This document shows, piece after piece, positions 33,715 to 48,328 of a DNA stretch of 64,000 nucleotides. The position numbers and the translations under genes were made by a program. The notes under the pieces were generated by a model. The model saw only the letters and a list, made by a program, of their open reading frames with translations. It was not told the DNA's origin and made no database searches. Within the stretch, counting starts at the first letter, position 1, and each line of letters starts with the position of its first letter. Source of the stretch: Camelus dromedarius (Eukaryota); NCBI RefSeq assembly GCF_036321535.1, contig NC_087437.1, positions 28,150,001 to 28,214,000 on the forward strand, written 5' to 3'.

Positions 33715-36700
33715 CTGGCCTTTTACAACAGTGCTCTTAAATGACACAATAGACCATTTGGACTTAATAAATATCTATAGGACATTCTATCCAAAACAGC
33801 AGAATGCACATTCTTTTCAAGAGCATATGAAATGTTCTCCAGGATATATCCCATGTTAGGCCACAGAACAAGTCTCATAAATTTAAGAGGGTAGAAATTA
33901 TATCAAGCATTTTTTTTTCTGATGCCAATGGTATAAAACTAGAAATAAATTACAGAAAGAAAAATGGAAACAGCATAAACACATGGAAACTAAACAACAT
34001 GCTACTGAAAAACCAATGGGTCAATAAAAAAAATCAAAGAGGAAATTAGAAAATACCTCTCAAGAAATGAAAATAGAAACATAACTTTACAAAATTTATG
34101 GGATTCAGCAAAAGCAGTTTTAGGGGAAATTTTATAGTGATACAGGCCTTCGTTAAGAAACAAAAGTCTCAAACAACATAACCTACCATCTAAAGGAATT
34201 AGAAAAGAAGGACGAACAAGCCCAAAGTCAGCAGAAAGAAGGAAATAATAAATATCAGAGAGGAAATAAATAAAATAGAGACAGAAAAAATAGAACAGAT
34301 CAATTAAACCAAGAGCTGGTTCTCTTCAAAGGAAAACAAAATTGATAAAGCTCTAGCCAGGCTCATCAAGAAGAGAAGAGAGAGGACCCAAATAAACAAC
34401 ATAAGAAATGAAAAGAGAAGAAATAACAACTGATAACACAGAGATAACAAAAAAATAATGAAAATAGTACAAACATTTATATGCCAACAAATTGGACAAC
34501 CTAGAAGAAATGGACAAATTTCTAAAAACCTAAAACTTGCTAAGACTGAATCAAGAAGAAACAGATAATTTGAACAGACTGATTACTAGTAGTGAAATTG
34601 AATTTGTAATAATAATTTTTAAAAAACCTCCCTGCAAACAAAAGTCCAGGACCAGATGGCTTCACAGGGAATTCTACTAAACATATAAATACGAGCCAAC
34701 ACCTATCCTTCTCAAACTATTTCAAAAAATTGAAGAGGATGGAACACTCCCAGATTTGCTCTATGAGGCCACCATTACTTTGATACTAAAACCAGACAAA
34801 GACATTACAGAGAAGAAAATTACAGGCAAATATCTGCAATGAATATAGATGCAAAAATCCTCAACAAAATATTAGCAAACCAAAACTAACAATATATAAA
34901 ATGGATCATGCACCATATCAAATGGGATTTATTCCAGGACTCAAGGATGGTTCTGTATTCCAAATCAATCAGTGTGATACACCACTTTAACAAAAGGAAG
35001 GATGAAGATCATGCAGTTATGTCAGTGGAGCAGAAAAAGCATTTGACAAAATTCAACATCAATTCACAGTAAAAACTCTCATCAAAGTTGCTTTAGAGGG
35101 TATATATCTCACCACAATAAGGGCCATTTTTGAGAAACCCACAGCTAACATCATACTCAATGGTGAAAAGCTGAAAGCCTTTCCTCTAAACTCAGGAACA
35201 AGACAAGGATGCTCACTCTCACCATTTTTACTTAATACAGTACTGGAAGGCCTATCCACAGTAATCAAACAAGAAAATGAAATGAAAGGCATTCAATTTA
35301 TAAGGGGAGAAGTAAAACTGTCATTATTTGCAGATGACATGATGTTATATGTAGAAAACCCTAAGATCTCCAGCAAAAAAACTTAGAACTAATATATATG
35401 AATTCAATAAAGTTGCAGGACACAAGATTATTATACAGAAATCTGTTGCTTTTCTATACACTAATGATGAATTATCAGAAAGAGAAACCAAAAAGCAATC
35501 CCATTTAAAATCTCATCAAAAAGAATAAAATACTAAAGAATAAACTTAACAAAGAAGGTGAAAGACCTACACTCTGAGAACTATAAAACATTGTTGAAGG
35601 AAATTAAAGATGATACAAAGAAATGTGCTCTTGGGTTGGAAGAAGTAATATTGTTAAAATGGCCATATTACCCAAAACAATCTATAGATTTAATGTAATC
35701 CCTATCAAAATACCCATGATATTTTTCACAGAAGTAGAACAAATAATCGCAAAATTTGTGTAGAACCACAAAAGATCCCAAATTGACAAAGCAATCTTGA
35801 GAAAAAAGAACAAAGCTGGAAGTATCATGCTCCCTGATTTCAGACTATACTACAAAGCTACATAATCCAAAGAGCATAGTAACAGCATAAAAACAGAACA
35901 GATTAATAGAATAGAATAGAAAGCCCAGAAGTAAACCCACGCACCAATGGTCAATTAATCTACAACAAAAGAGGTAAAAATATACAATGGAGGAAAGACA
36001 GTCTCTTCAATAAGTGGTACTGGGGAAACTGGGCAGCTACATGAAAAGAATGAGATTAGAACATTTCCTCATACCGTATACAAAAATAACTCAAAATGGA
36101 TTAAAGACCTAAATGTAAGACCTGAGACCATAAAACTCCTAAACAGAACATAGAACACTTTTTGACATAAATCATAGCAATATTTTGGGGGCCTGTCTCC
36201 TAGGGTAAAACAAATAAAAGCAAAAATAAACAAATGAGACTTAATTAAACTTAAAAGATTTTGCACAGCAAAGGAAACCATTGACAAAATGAAAAGACAA
36301 CCTTCAGAATGGGAGGGATTTTTGCAAATCATGTGATACATCATAACCCCTTCTAAATTATAACAAGTTGTTAATATTCAAAATATATAAACAGCTCATA
36401 CAACTCAGTATAAAAAATCCAATCATAAAATGGGCAGAAGATCCGAATAGACATTTTTCCAAAGAAGACATACAGATGGCTAACATGCACATGAAAATAT
36501 GCTCAACACATTTCTAATTATTAGTGAAATGCAAGTTAAAACTACAATATTACCTCATTCCTGTAAGAATGACTATCATCAAAAAGTCTACAAATAACAA
36601 ATATTGGTGAACATGTAGAGAAACAGAAACCCTTGTACACTGACACTGTTGGTGGGAATGTAAATTGGTGCAGCCACTTTCGAGGTTCCTCAGAAAATTA

Positions 36701-36891
36701 AAAACTACCATATGATACAGCAATTCTACTCCTAGGTACATATCCAGAAACAATGAAAACACTAATTTGAAAAGATACATGTGTTCCAATGTTTATAGCA
36801 GCACTATTTACAATAGCCAAGATATGGAAGCAACCAAAATTTCCATCAACAGATGAATGGATAAAGAAGAAGTGGTACACACACAATGGTG

Positions 36892-36963
<72 letters not shown>

Positions 36964-37405
36964 GGAATACTACTCAACCATAAAAGGAATGATATTCTGC
37001 CATTTGCAGCAAACTGGATAGACGTAGAGAATAGCATGCTTAGTGAAATAAGTTAGACAGAGAAAGACAAATACTGTATGATATCATATTTATATATAGC
37101 ACTAAAAAATAGAACAAATGAATGTGTAACAAAACAAACAGACTCAGATATAGAAAACAAACAGTTACCAGTGAGGAGAGAGAAGGGGGGAGGGGCTAAA
37201 TACGAGTATGAGATTAAGAGATGAACACTACTTATGTGTAAAATAGATAAGCAACAAGGATATATTGTACAGCACAGGGGGTTATAGCCATTAGTTTATA
37301 ATAACTTTTAATGGAGTATAATCTATAAAAATATTGAATCACTGTGCTGTATACCTGAAACTAATAGAATATTGTAAATCACTATACTTTAATTTTTTTA
37401 AAAAG
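33715..37405 (+). mobile_element. 5'-truncated L1 (L1MA9/cetartiodactyl-type): disrupted ORF2 (end of EN, RT, C-terminus) and 3' UTR
   Basis: Continuous ORF2 homology, incl. ggaacaagacaaggatgctcactctc (GTRQGC.LS) and ttatttgcagatgacatg (LFADDM); 3' UTR ending tgtaaatcactatacttt. Confidence 0.95.
36894..36961. repeat. (CA)n microsatellite inside the L1
   Basis: Long uninterrupted AC run. Confidence 0.97.
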
Positions 37406-38459
37406 TTAGCTGCTTCTATTTTAAAGTTATTAGAGACACTGCAAAAGTTAGAGAGAAATCATCTCCCAATCAAACAAAATGCTTTGTTTTTCTTCTTTAG
37501 CTGTTATGTTTTCACTTCATCCTTCTGCTGCTCAGTTGTTTTCCTCAATTGACTTGGAGATTGTAGTCCCCAGAAAGATCTATTTTTACCAATCTGAATG
37601 AATTATAGCTTAAGATGTTTCCTGGCTGAGGAAGGTAGCTATTAAAATACTAACCCACTGAGGTTGGAAACTGCCCAGTGGAAAGTGAGTGTAAAGGAAA
37701 GTTAGCATACATGCTGTCAGAAAAAGGAACATTTTAATGCATTCCAGTGAGGCCAGAGATGCCACTAGAGTTTGACTGAAAACCAGTTGTGATTAGCATC
37801 GATGACTCATGAAGACCACAATTCACTTTACTTTTCAGCCACTGCTGCTGTTTCAGATCACTGAAGTCCTAAACTGGTTGGGGAAAGTCACAGATTTCTG
37901 CATGACCGAAGATCAGAAATGACCTATTTTTATTGACTTTCATTTCCGTGATTTGGTCATTGCTCTAGGCAATCCCACTTCCATAGGTTTGACCATTATC
38001 TGAAAAATGGAAAAGTTAGATTTAGTGATTGATAGTTTACAATGCAGAGTGATAGCTGTAAAAATAAAGCTATCTGAAAGAGAAGGAAATTTAGTGACAT
38101 TTAAAATATCCCCGTCATCACACAGGAAGACCTTGCTGTGCCATTTAGAAGAATTCTGTCTCTACACAGATCAAGGAAGCTTTGTAATGCCAGAACTATA
38201 TTGGGGATTCCCAAAGACCTCCTTTTTTTTCTGTGTGGTAGAAGCAGAACAGAAAGTCTCTAAACATTGGGAGCCAGAGTTGCCTGTAAGCCAAATGACT
38301 TCCACTCTACTAATGGCTTCCATGGGACAGTGGGGACATCACAACGTAAAAATGTTCTATTTTAAATCCGGTGCACAAATTAAATTAATCATAAATGAAC
38401 TAATATAAATAGTTCATTGGCAGACCATGTATGTATGTATATATGTACGTATGTATGTA

Positions 38460-40000
38460 TGTATTCATAGTTAGGAAAAATGAAATATATAAACACTCAA
38501 TCCAGGAACAACAATATTACCAATAACTTACATACTTACCTTTGTATTCCTGTCCTAAACTAGATCCATATTTACCCACTCATCCTCCTGTCACACTTAG
38601 CACCTTCTTGAGCGATTTGTGTTTTCTATTTTCTTGTTTGTAAAAGTGAGCTGTATCTCACATGTATACATGCCTGAAGAATATATTGGGCATTTTTTAT
38701 GTATACTGTTTTTAATTTCATGGCATTCCTTTTTTTCACTCAAACTTAATATACTAAAGTTCATACTTAATGCTGCATTTAGTTGTAGGTCACTGAGTTT
38801 TCAGTGCTGTATAATATTCTATTCTGTGAGTACAGCACAATTCATTTCCTTGTTCCCTCATCAAGAGCATGTGGGCTGTTTCCAGATTGGTTGTTTTACT
38901 GTGGCAGAGAGTACTGCTATCAGTATTCTTGTACAGACATCCAAATGCCTAGGGTTGAATTCCAAGTAGAATGGCTGAGTCATGGGGTACACAAATTTTG
39001 AACTTCATAGACAATGCCACATCATTTTTCAAAGAAGCTATATCAAGCTATACTTCCACTAGCAATGTAGGAAAGATTGTTTTGATCTCCATCTTCTCCA
39101 CTTCTTAGCATTCTAAGACTTCTTAATTTTTGGCAAATCACTCATTAGATTTACATATTCTTGATATTAATCTTCTTTGGGTTATATGTGTTATAAATAT
39201 CTTCTAGTTTGTATCTTGTTTGTTTCACTTTATCTTTAGATGAACCATAGTTGTTGATATTAATGTAAAATAATTTACCAGGTTTTTTGCCTTCCTGGTT
39301 AGGGTTAGCTTTTTATATCTTGTTTAAGAATGCCTGCCCTGTACAAGATCAGAAAAATTTTACAGTATAATTTCTTTCAGAAGTCCAGAATTTTTCTTTT
39401 GACCTTAATACATGTAGAGTGGATTTTAATTAGGTTGTATACCATGAATTCTATGCCGTTTCACCTCCACCCCCCCATATGACTAACCAAGTGTCAGCTC
39501 TATTTTTCAATAGTCCTTCCTTTTTCAATGTGTCTATGTTACCTCTTTCATATATTAAAGTTCCATTTGTACTTGGATCTTTTCTAAGTTCTGCTGATCA
39601 ATATGTCTATCCCTTGCCTCAATAGTATATTATATTAATTATTATTGCTTTAAGTATTTATATCCAGTAAAAACAAGTCTTCCTTTCTCATTTTTCTTCT
39701 TTAAAAGAATTTTGGCAATTCTTGGCCCTTTTTCTTCCATATAAATTTTAGAATCATATTATCAACTTTTAAAAATATTCCTGCTGGGACTTCAACTGGA
39801 GTTGCACAGGGTCTCCACATCAATTAGGAAAATCACCATTTTTATAATATTGTCTTTCTATTCTAGAACATAGGATATTTTACCAGTTATTTAGATTTTC
39901 TATAAAGTTTCATTAAAGCTTTATAATTTTCTGTGAATAATTCTTGCATATATATTGTTTGATTTTTCCTAGGTACTACTGAAAATGGTATTTTTAGGGT
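38460..40000 (-). mobile_element. Old diverged L1 (L1ME/L1MC-type)
   Basis: Antisense 3' UTR/ORF2 motifs (gggctgtttccagattgg; tacttccactagcaatgta; cttccatataaattttagaatca). Confidence 0.65.
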
Positions 40001-41194
40001 TATATCTTCTAATTATCATGGCCTTATGTAATTGTCTCTACTTTTTTTTTCAATTTTAAACTCTGGTCTTAAATTACTCACTCTATTTTAAGCTATAATA
40101 ATAATAATTAATTCAGCTGGATCCAAATGAAAAATAATGCATTCCCAATCCTACATCCTTCTTTTTTTCACCATTCTATTATCCGTTTGTAATAAGACAA
40201 AGTCTTTGATGCTCAGCAGACACTTGTTAAATGCTAGTTATCACTTCAGCATGCTAACATTCTCATTTTTTCTAGGGTCAACTCCAAACAGAATATTTTC
40301 ATTTAAACAAGGAAAAACAATGCTTGCCTTTCCCACCTCTTTTACAGGAAAAAATAACATAAATATGTTTCCAGTTTTCTCATGGGCAGCATGTCACATC
40401 CTCATACATTCCAATTCCAAATTGTACTTTGCCCTAAAAGGTGTTTTAATAGTCCTGAGATGATTGAACCTAAAATAATAAGTGTCAGAGTGGTAAATTA
40501 AGTTTTGAAACTCCCACTTACTATATTTTCTGCTTGGAGAGAAAAAGTACAAATTATTGTATAGGAGATCTGAGAAGTTCAGCCACAAATAAACGTTTAA
40601 CTTTGCTTATCCAATATCCCCAAACTTATTTAACAATAGAATGTTTAACTATATATTAACATCCTTCAAGATATTCTTCAAGAAATCCAAGGGTAAGGAA
40701 TGAGGAATTTGTATTGGGCAAAATGTCTAGTCTGTTTAATATGTATGAACATTAGGTCCTTATAATCAGTTTAGATTAACTCTTATATGTAATATGAAAA
40801 ACACTCAATATATTTTACATTAAAATAATAGAAAGTAGAATTCTACTTTAGATGCAATTTTTACTGGGGGGTGGGGGAGGGAATAAGTGGCTTCCATATT
40901 TTTATTGCCTCAAGAATATTAATGCCAATATATCCAAGCAACAAGATGGGAACACTTACCAACTTATCATACTTGGGTTATTAGGTTTTCTGTCATATTA
41001 TAAAAAGAGATGTATTAATACCAAGAAATAGCTTTCTTACGTCTAAATGGGAAAGACTATAAAATGGCCTGTAACCAACTGCTCAGTTTTGGAGCCATAC
41101 AGAATAAAGAAGTTATGTGATAAAGACCTAGTCTGACTAGATCTTTGAGGTTCTCGTTGAAGAAGTAAGATTTAGAAAAAGGAAAGAGGAAGAG

Positions 41195-41820
41195 GGAATA
41201 TCTTAACCATTTAAAAGTGTACAATTCAGTGACATTAAATACATTCACATTGTTGTGCAGCAATCACCACCATCCATAGAACTCTTTTCATTTTGCAAAA
41301 GTGAAACTTTACCTATTAAATAATAATTCCACTTTCTCCCCTCTATCCCAGCTCCTGGCAATCACTATTCTACTTTCTGTCTCTATGAATGTGACTATTT
41401 GAAGTAACTCATCTGAGTAGAATCATGTAGTGTTTGTCCTTTTGTGGCTGGCTTATTTCATTTAGCATGATATCCTCAGAGTTCATCCATGTTTCAGTAT
41501 GTGTCAGAATTTCCTTCCTTTTTAAGGCTGAATAATGTTGTGTCATATGTATATACCAAATTTTTTAAAAAATTATTTATTTATATTAATATGTTGATGG
41601 ATGTTTGGGTTGCTTACATCTTTTTGGCTACTAGGATTAATGGTGCTATAAATATGGCATCTTTTTGATGCACAGAAGGTTTTAATTTTGATGTAGTTCA
41701 ATTCATCTATTTTTCCTTTGTTGCCTATGATTTTGGTGTCATAGCTAAGAAATCATTGCCAAATCTAGTATTATGAAGTTTCCCCCTATGTTTTCTGCAA
41801 AGCCTTTTATAGCTTTCAGT
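41195..41820 (-). mobile_element. L1MB-type 3' end
   Basis: cttaaccatttaaaagtgtacaattcagtgacattaaatacattcacattgttgtgcagcaatcaccaccatcc. Confidence 0.8.
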
Positions 41821-41821
41821 C

Positions 41822-42223
41822 TGTAGTGGACTGAATTGTGCCTTCCCCCACCCCATCAGCCATTTAAATGTTGAAGCCCAAAATCCCAATGCCTTAGAAT
41901 GTAACCGTATTTGGAGGAGAAGTTTTTACATAATTAGCTAAGTTAAAATGAGGCTTTAGGTGAGCTCCAGTGCAATACGACTGGTGTCCTTACAAGAAAC
42001 GGAAACTTGGACACAGACATGAGCACACACAGAGAAAAGACCATATGAGGACACAGCAAGAAGGCAGCCATCCGAAAGCCAAGGAGAGAATTCTCAGAAG
42101 AAAACCAAAGTGACAATCAGATCTTAGACTTCTAGCTTCCAGAACTATGAGAAAATAAATTTCTGCTGTTTAAGCCACCAAGTCAGTGATATTTTATTAT
42201 GGCAACCTTAGCAAACTAATATA
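41822..42223 (+). mobile_element. MLT1B-like solo LTR
   Basis: tgtagtggactgaattgtg ... gactggtgtccttacaagaa ... aaataaatttctgctgtttaagccacc ... gcaaactaatata. Confidence 0.85.
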
Positions 42224-42239
42224 AGGTCTATGGAGTTTT

Positions 42240-42830
42240 GTTTTGTTTTAATTGAACTTTTCTTTTGAAATAATGTCGATTTGCGTGCAGTTGTATATCC
42301 TTCATAGTGTTTCCCCTAATGGTAACATCTTCTAGAACTGATACACACTATCATGAGGAGGATCTTGACATTGAAACACTCCAAAGGTCTTATGCAGATT
42401 TACTCCATTTTACTTTTACTTATGTGTCTGTGCGTATATTTAGTTCTGTACAGTTTTATCACACGCCTGTGTTCACGGATCAACCACCACACTCAAGATA
42501 TTGAACAGTTCTATCACAAGGCTCTCTCATCTTGTCCTTTTATAAACATAAATCTTTAACTCCTGGTGACCACTAATGTGTTCTCCATTTTTGTAATTTT
42601 GTCATTTCAAGAATATTATATACATGAAATCATATAATATGTAATCTTTGGGATTGAATTTTTTCCATTCAGCATAATTCCTTTGAGATTCTTTCAGGTT
42701 GTTGCCTGTACTAAAAATTCATTTCTTTTTACTGGTCTGTAGTATTCCAGGGTGTATGTGTACCAGAGTTTAATTAACCAATCATCTGTTGAAGGACATC
42801 TGAACTGCTTCAAGATTTGAGCTATAAGCT
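42240..42830 (-). mobile_element. L1MD-type 3' end
   Basis: tttcccctaatggtaacatctt...caggttgttgcctgtac...ttaaccaatcatctgttgaaggacatctg. Confidence 0.7.
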
Positions 42831-43004
42831 TAAGTCTGTCATCTTTTTATTGTTTTCTTTCTGTTTCTTCTGTTTCTTTTCTTGCCTTCTTATGGGTTAA
42901 TTGAACCCTTTTTTTAGGATTCCATTTTTGTTTAGTATATCTCTTTGTTGTTTTCTTTAGTATTTGCTCTCTATGGAGTTTTTAAAATTAATTTTCTTAA
43001 CTGC

Positions 43005-43160
43005 CCTTTAAGGTAAGTGCTACTAGTCCTACAACACAGATAAGAAAACTGAGGCTCAGAAACAGCAGGTAGCATGTCTGCATGTCTGCTAGTAAGTAGC
43101 AGAGCTAGAATCTAAATCTGTCTGAGCCCAGAAGCTACGGTCTTGCTACCGCTATGCACA
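43005..43160 (-). mobile_element. MIR SINE
   Basis: acagataagaaaactgaggctcaga...agtaagtagcagagctagaat. Confidence 0.75.
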
Positions 43161-43539
43161 GCTTGCCCCTGGCCTCAGCAATATGGGAATGCCTCACCCA
43201 TGATGAGTCATCAGGAAGGAAATCCACAAGATTCAGCAGTACTGAGGATGAGTCTGAAGTATCCTATCTCAAGACTTCTGCTCTCAGTTTATGATATCTC
43301 TTCTTTAGCCCCTTTCAACCTATTGAAACCCAATTTACTGAAATGCAGCCACCTCTGTGAATCTTCCCCTAATTGCCTTACCTCTCTGCAGTGGAAAGTT
43401 TTTTCTTCTTTTTTTTTTCCCTTTAGCTTCTTCCAGAGCATTTTGTTTATCTCTCTCTTCTAACCTGAATTCTTGCTAGCCATCTATATATTTCTTACTC
43501 CTTGTCTTGATTGGAAACTCTTTGAGGAAATGAACTAAG

Positions 43540-43591
43540 ACATAATTCATTTTTGTCATCTCTACACATAATTCATTTTTGTCATCTCTAC
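43540..43591. repeat. Perfect 26-bp tandem duplication (acataattcatttttgtcatctctac x2)
   Basis: Directly visible. Confidence 0.9.
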
Positions 43592-45429
43592 AGCTCTAAC
43601 GATGTCTAGCATGTTGATCTTTTCAAATTTGGAGTTTGATCTTGTTAAGTTCAGTGGAACTGGATTAGAGTTCAGAAGCTCTAAGTAAATCTTCTGAGTT
43701 ATTTGGAAGGAGAGTCAATATGGACCTTCCTAGATGATGATCATTTAGCTATTTACTTGGTAGATTATATCTTCTAAGTGTATTATAGAAAATTTTTAAG
43801 AGGCAAGGAATTGGTAGAAAGCAGCTCAATTGGATTCATTAACTGGTGAGCAGTTCTTCACTCCTACTTGGAACATTTTCAGGTCAGTAATTATGAATTT
43901 TTCATTTTAAAAATTATCTGAAGTTCAAATTGCTGGTGCTCAAAGGAAAATGGAGAGTATGTTTTATTTTTATTTTAATTATGATTGATCAAACACTGAA
44001 ATATCTCTTTCAGAATTATCTCTACATTCAGGACAAGGATAAGCTAGCAAGTCTTTGCTAAGTTCAGATATTTAAAACCTACTCTAGTGGAAGAAAAGTC
44101 ATTTAGTTGACATAATGACCCCTTTATACATTTAAGCAGTACTTAGCTTTATGAAGCCATAAAAATATATGTACAGTAATATACTCATTTCTTGTTCTAA
44201 AACAACTACTATAAACCATGATTTGTAAGAGTTTTAAACATAACTGCCTTCCTAGGAGGACATGTATACGATTTATATTCCTGTACTATTCCTTCCTAAG
44301 TGCTTCTCGAAGTCCATTTTCCTCATGAGTTATAGCTTCTCAAATAGAATGGAAGTGCTATCGAACGTTGTTAATGCAATTCTATTTTTAAAAGATAAAT
44401 TAAGTTTGATTATTTGAATACGACCAGTCAAAAAAAAAAAGGAAACAATTGCATGAAACTTTATTTTTAATTTAACTAGGAATAAGTATATGCAAGACAG
44501 TGATTATCTATCTCCAAGCTTAAAAATAATTAATCTTTGAGTTAGAAGAGAATTCAACCATAGTTTAGTGCTTCCCAGCTGAAATGGTCTAACTATTAAC
44601 TGCACAGAATTGCAGAATGACCTAAGATTCATAAGTAAAGTATGTACACTGCTTTAACAGTTTACAAAATGCTTTTAAAGAGTCACAACAGGAGAGCACA
44701 GATTTGGAGACCAACCTTAGAGAAGTTGTTTAATCTCCGGGAAATCCCATTTCCTCCTTTGTAGCACCTATTCTTCATGGTCCATTACTTATACAGCATC
44801 AACATACTATTTTCTAGCATGTATCCTCCTCTCCTTCACCAGCAATCTGCCTCTGCTCCTCCCATCATGCCTATTTCCCAACTCATTCTGTCTTTCAAGA
44901 CAAACTCACTTTGCCTCTTTCCATCACATTAAAGCATCCTAAACAGAAGCCTGAGTCTCATGTCTTTTACGACATCTTCTAGACTACACCAACACTTAAT
45001 AAGTTCTTGTTCTCATAACTGTCACTTATTCACTCAACAAACATTTGAGTTTGTAGGCACTTTGCTACCTACAACAAGCTCTATACTCTGCCCACAGCAT
45101 TTTCAATGGTAGTTTTTAATCTTGTACGCACAAATATACAGGATTCTGCTGATTTTCTTCAGTCTGAAAATTACTATGTTAGTGAATGAAATGGAAAATA
45201 AACAAACAATTCCACTCTGTTAAGTCATTAGAGCCGTTTGTACACTGAGGGAGCATCTGGGAGGGTCACAGCCTCTTAGTTTTGGTTATCCTGCATATAT
45301 ATTTCCCTCTGAGTTTTCTTGAAAACTCATTAACAAGAACCTTATCGTATCCTTCTACTCAAGATCGTTCCCTATCCTGGCTCAGTCGCTATCCATCAGA
45401 CCCATCAATGCACTGTCCCTTCTTTTCCA

Positions 45430-45630
45430 GTGGGAATGGCATCCCTCTCCAGAGCTCCTCCATGGAATGGGCTAAGGCCTCTGTTGCAACTGAATTTCAA
45501 CTGAACCTCTCCCTAGTTGTGCTGCTCACACGCCCTCATGGATGTTGTTCCCAAGAGTACTTTCCAATAGACCCCTTACGCACTAATCTTCATCTTAGAG
45601 TCTGTTTCCAGGGAATTCAATCTAAGATAG
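45430..45630 (+). mobile_element. LTR16A-type LTR, 3' half
   Basis: ctccagagctcc...ggctaaggcctctgttgcaactg...tcttagagtctgtttccagggaattcaatctaagata. Confidence 0.8.
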
Positions 45631-45889
45631 TAATAGCAGAAGGGAGTTGAAGCCTGTTTCTACCATTTATTATTGAAGCTACTTATTCACTTCTCTGAGC
45701 AACTTATATAACTTCTTTGAAATTTTCATGGATTTTATGAAAATTTAGTGAGGAAATAAACGTGTAAGTAATATTCTATATAGCAGTGGCCTCAAAATAA
45801 GCCTTTTAATTTAAGAAAAAAAGTTCATAAAGGTGTAACTTACCTGGTATTTTCTATGCTGAGCAACTAAAACTTTTCAAAAACAAAAA

Positions 45890-46420
45890 CTTTTAACTTG
45901 AGGTAAAAAATCATACAGGAAGAGGAATTCAGTGCAAAAATCATAAGTACACATAAGTAAACATCTCAATGAATTTTAACATATATGCATACTTGTGTAA
46001 CTACCACCCACATCAGTCTATAAAATAATTTTAGCACTCTGTGTCCTCCCTTTTTAATACTGGCATAAGAGACAACGTTTATTCTGACTATATGTTAGTT
46101 TTTCCCACTCCAAAGCACATATAAATGGAATCATACAATAGGTACTTTTTTGTGTCTGGCATTCTCTACTAAATATAATCTGGTTCATCTATGCTATTGT
46201 GGAAGTCACTAGTTTTTTTGCTAATCACTGTGTAGTTATCTATTATACTACAATTTACAATTTATGTACCTATTTTCCTCTTGATGATTGTAGTGTTTGG
46301 CTATTATAATAAAGCCATTATGAACATTTTTGTACATGTCTTTTACTAGACATGTACACTCATTTATCTTAAGTAGATACCTATGAATAGAATTACTGAG
46401 TTACAGGTTAGGTGAACTGG
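45890..46420 (-). mobile_element. L1ME-type 3' UTR
   Basis: aatgaattttaaca...tgtgtaactaccacc...atataaatggaatcatacaataggtacttttttgtgtctggc. Confidence 0.7.
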
Positions 46421-46974
46421 ACAAATGAATCTTGATAAAATCTGAATAGTATTGTTAGCTAATGCCTAGAAAATTTCTTTTCCTGAGGATTTAAATGGAT
46501 ACACTATATTGAATAAAAATTGTATATTACTATTAGTAAACTTAGAATGAAACTATATGGCAAATTATGAAGATTATGAATAAAACCTACGAATACTCAA
46601 CAAGGCTGATAATCAGAAGCAGAGGAAATGTCACCTAAAATATGAATGGAAAACACAATGAGTTCATTTATCTTTTTCAGTGTAGATGCACAAATGCTGG
46701 GGAATCAGTTTAACTGTAGTACCATCTGTATCCACCTCAGAACTGAACATCTGCTTTTAATTCACAGGCAATATATAAAAGAGACATACTGAGTTCGTCT
46801 CCTCAGGTTGGCCTAAAGGTTGGATAAAATAGTTGAGAGCCCCGTCACTGTTTTCCTTACAGTGGGCTAGACGGTAATGATTCAGCAAAAAGAGCCACTA
46901 ATTAGGAGCCACCCAGTGGCAACACTGTGAAAATAAATACCCTTTCTTGCAAGATCTGATTTTTAAGTGATATG

Positions 46975-47320
46975 TGATATATGAGATTTTAGGGGTACAC
47001 CAGGCAAGAGACCATCAGGAAACAGAATACTCAAGCGATATTATTGAGGAAAGCTTAGTGAAGAGGATATTTATAAAGGTAGGGGCAGAGTTAAGGGAAA
47101 TCACAGGGCACTTGCAGGGAGCCTTAGGACTGCAGTCAGCAAGCATAGGGAGTGTTGTTGCCAGGATCTGGAGAAGTCAGCTCAGTAAATACAGTGGCCT
47201 TGAGTGGGTGAAATCAGCTAACTGGTAGCACTGTGGCAAGGAGAGAGAAGTAAATATCCTTATCTCATGCTCTTCCTGATTTCTGAGCTGCTGGAGACTC
47301 CCATTGGCAAATTGCATGTG
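46975..47320 (-). mobile_element. Old LTR fragment (LTR78/79-like)
   Basis: caggaaacagaatactc...ttgaggaaagcttagtgaagaggatatttataaaggtaggggcagagttaagggaaa...cccattggcaaa. Confidence 0.45.
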
Positions 47321-48328
47321 TCAATTCTGGATTATTTCCATAGGAAATTGTCTTAAAGCTAGCATAGTAGGTCATGAAAATTTAAATATATTAATATGTT
47401 GTCAAATAATCTTAAGGGTCAGTTACACTAGTGTATATATGGAAGAGGGCATTATAGGGTGATATTTGTAACAACAAGACAGGTAGAACATTTTCTTTTA
47501 TGTACTTCAGTTGGTCATTTGTTTTTATTTTATGAATATTTCCTCTGTGTTCTCTAATTGGTAGAATGTTAATATTTCCCCTATTAATTTGTTAGGGCTC
47601 TTGATCTATTAGGAATGTACAATTTAATATTATATATATTGTATACCATTTCATTTTTAGGCTAAATTTGCTACTCAGTGTTTTCCTTCAGGTTTTTTTC
47701 TTCTTTTTTTTGCTTTAGTGCTTAGGGAGTTGTTTCTCTTCCTGAAATTAGTTTAAAATTACATATCTCCTGGCTTACTGTTCTATAGGTTTTTTACTCA
47801 AAACTCTTTATAGCTTTACTCTAACATCTTTCAACTTTACATGAACGTTATATGACGTTTGTATACAAAAACAAACTTTGTCCGCTCATTTCTTAGATTG
47901 CCTATCAAAAAGCTGATATTCTTTCCTTCTTTCCTTCCTCCCTTCCTTTCTTTTTTTTCTTTCTCTGATTTCATCTGGTTAGTCCATTTTTATAGACTAA
48001 TTCCTAGCTTTTGTTTTTTGTTGTGATATAAAAAAATTGATACATAAATTATGTAGATAAGATATATAGGAAACTAAAACTCTAATTTTTTTTAGAGTTG
48101 CCTCCTTCACAGAATTTTTTTTAATTTTAAGAAGTTTTGTTAATTCTATTTAACTTAAATAGCTCTATAGATATATTAAAAATAATACTTTCTCTTATCC
48201 CTTTCTAATAATGATTGCTTCTTTATTTTTAAAATTGAACCAGTCAACATGTTTAGAATAATGTAAGTGATAATGAAATTTGAATGTATATTTTTTGGTT
48301 ATGGGTTACTTGATAATTAAAATTGTTT

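Noticed and set aside
36698..37037. CV/HT-repeat ORFs
   Set aside because: (CA)n inside L1
45282..45650. 122-aa ORF
   Set aside because: Largely overlaps an LTR16A fragment; no recognisable domain
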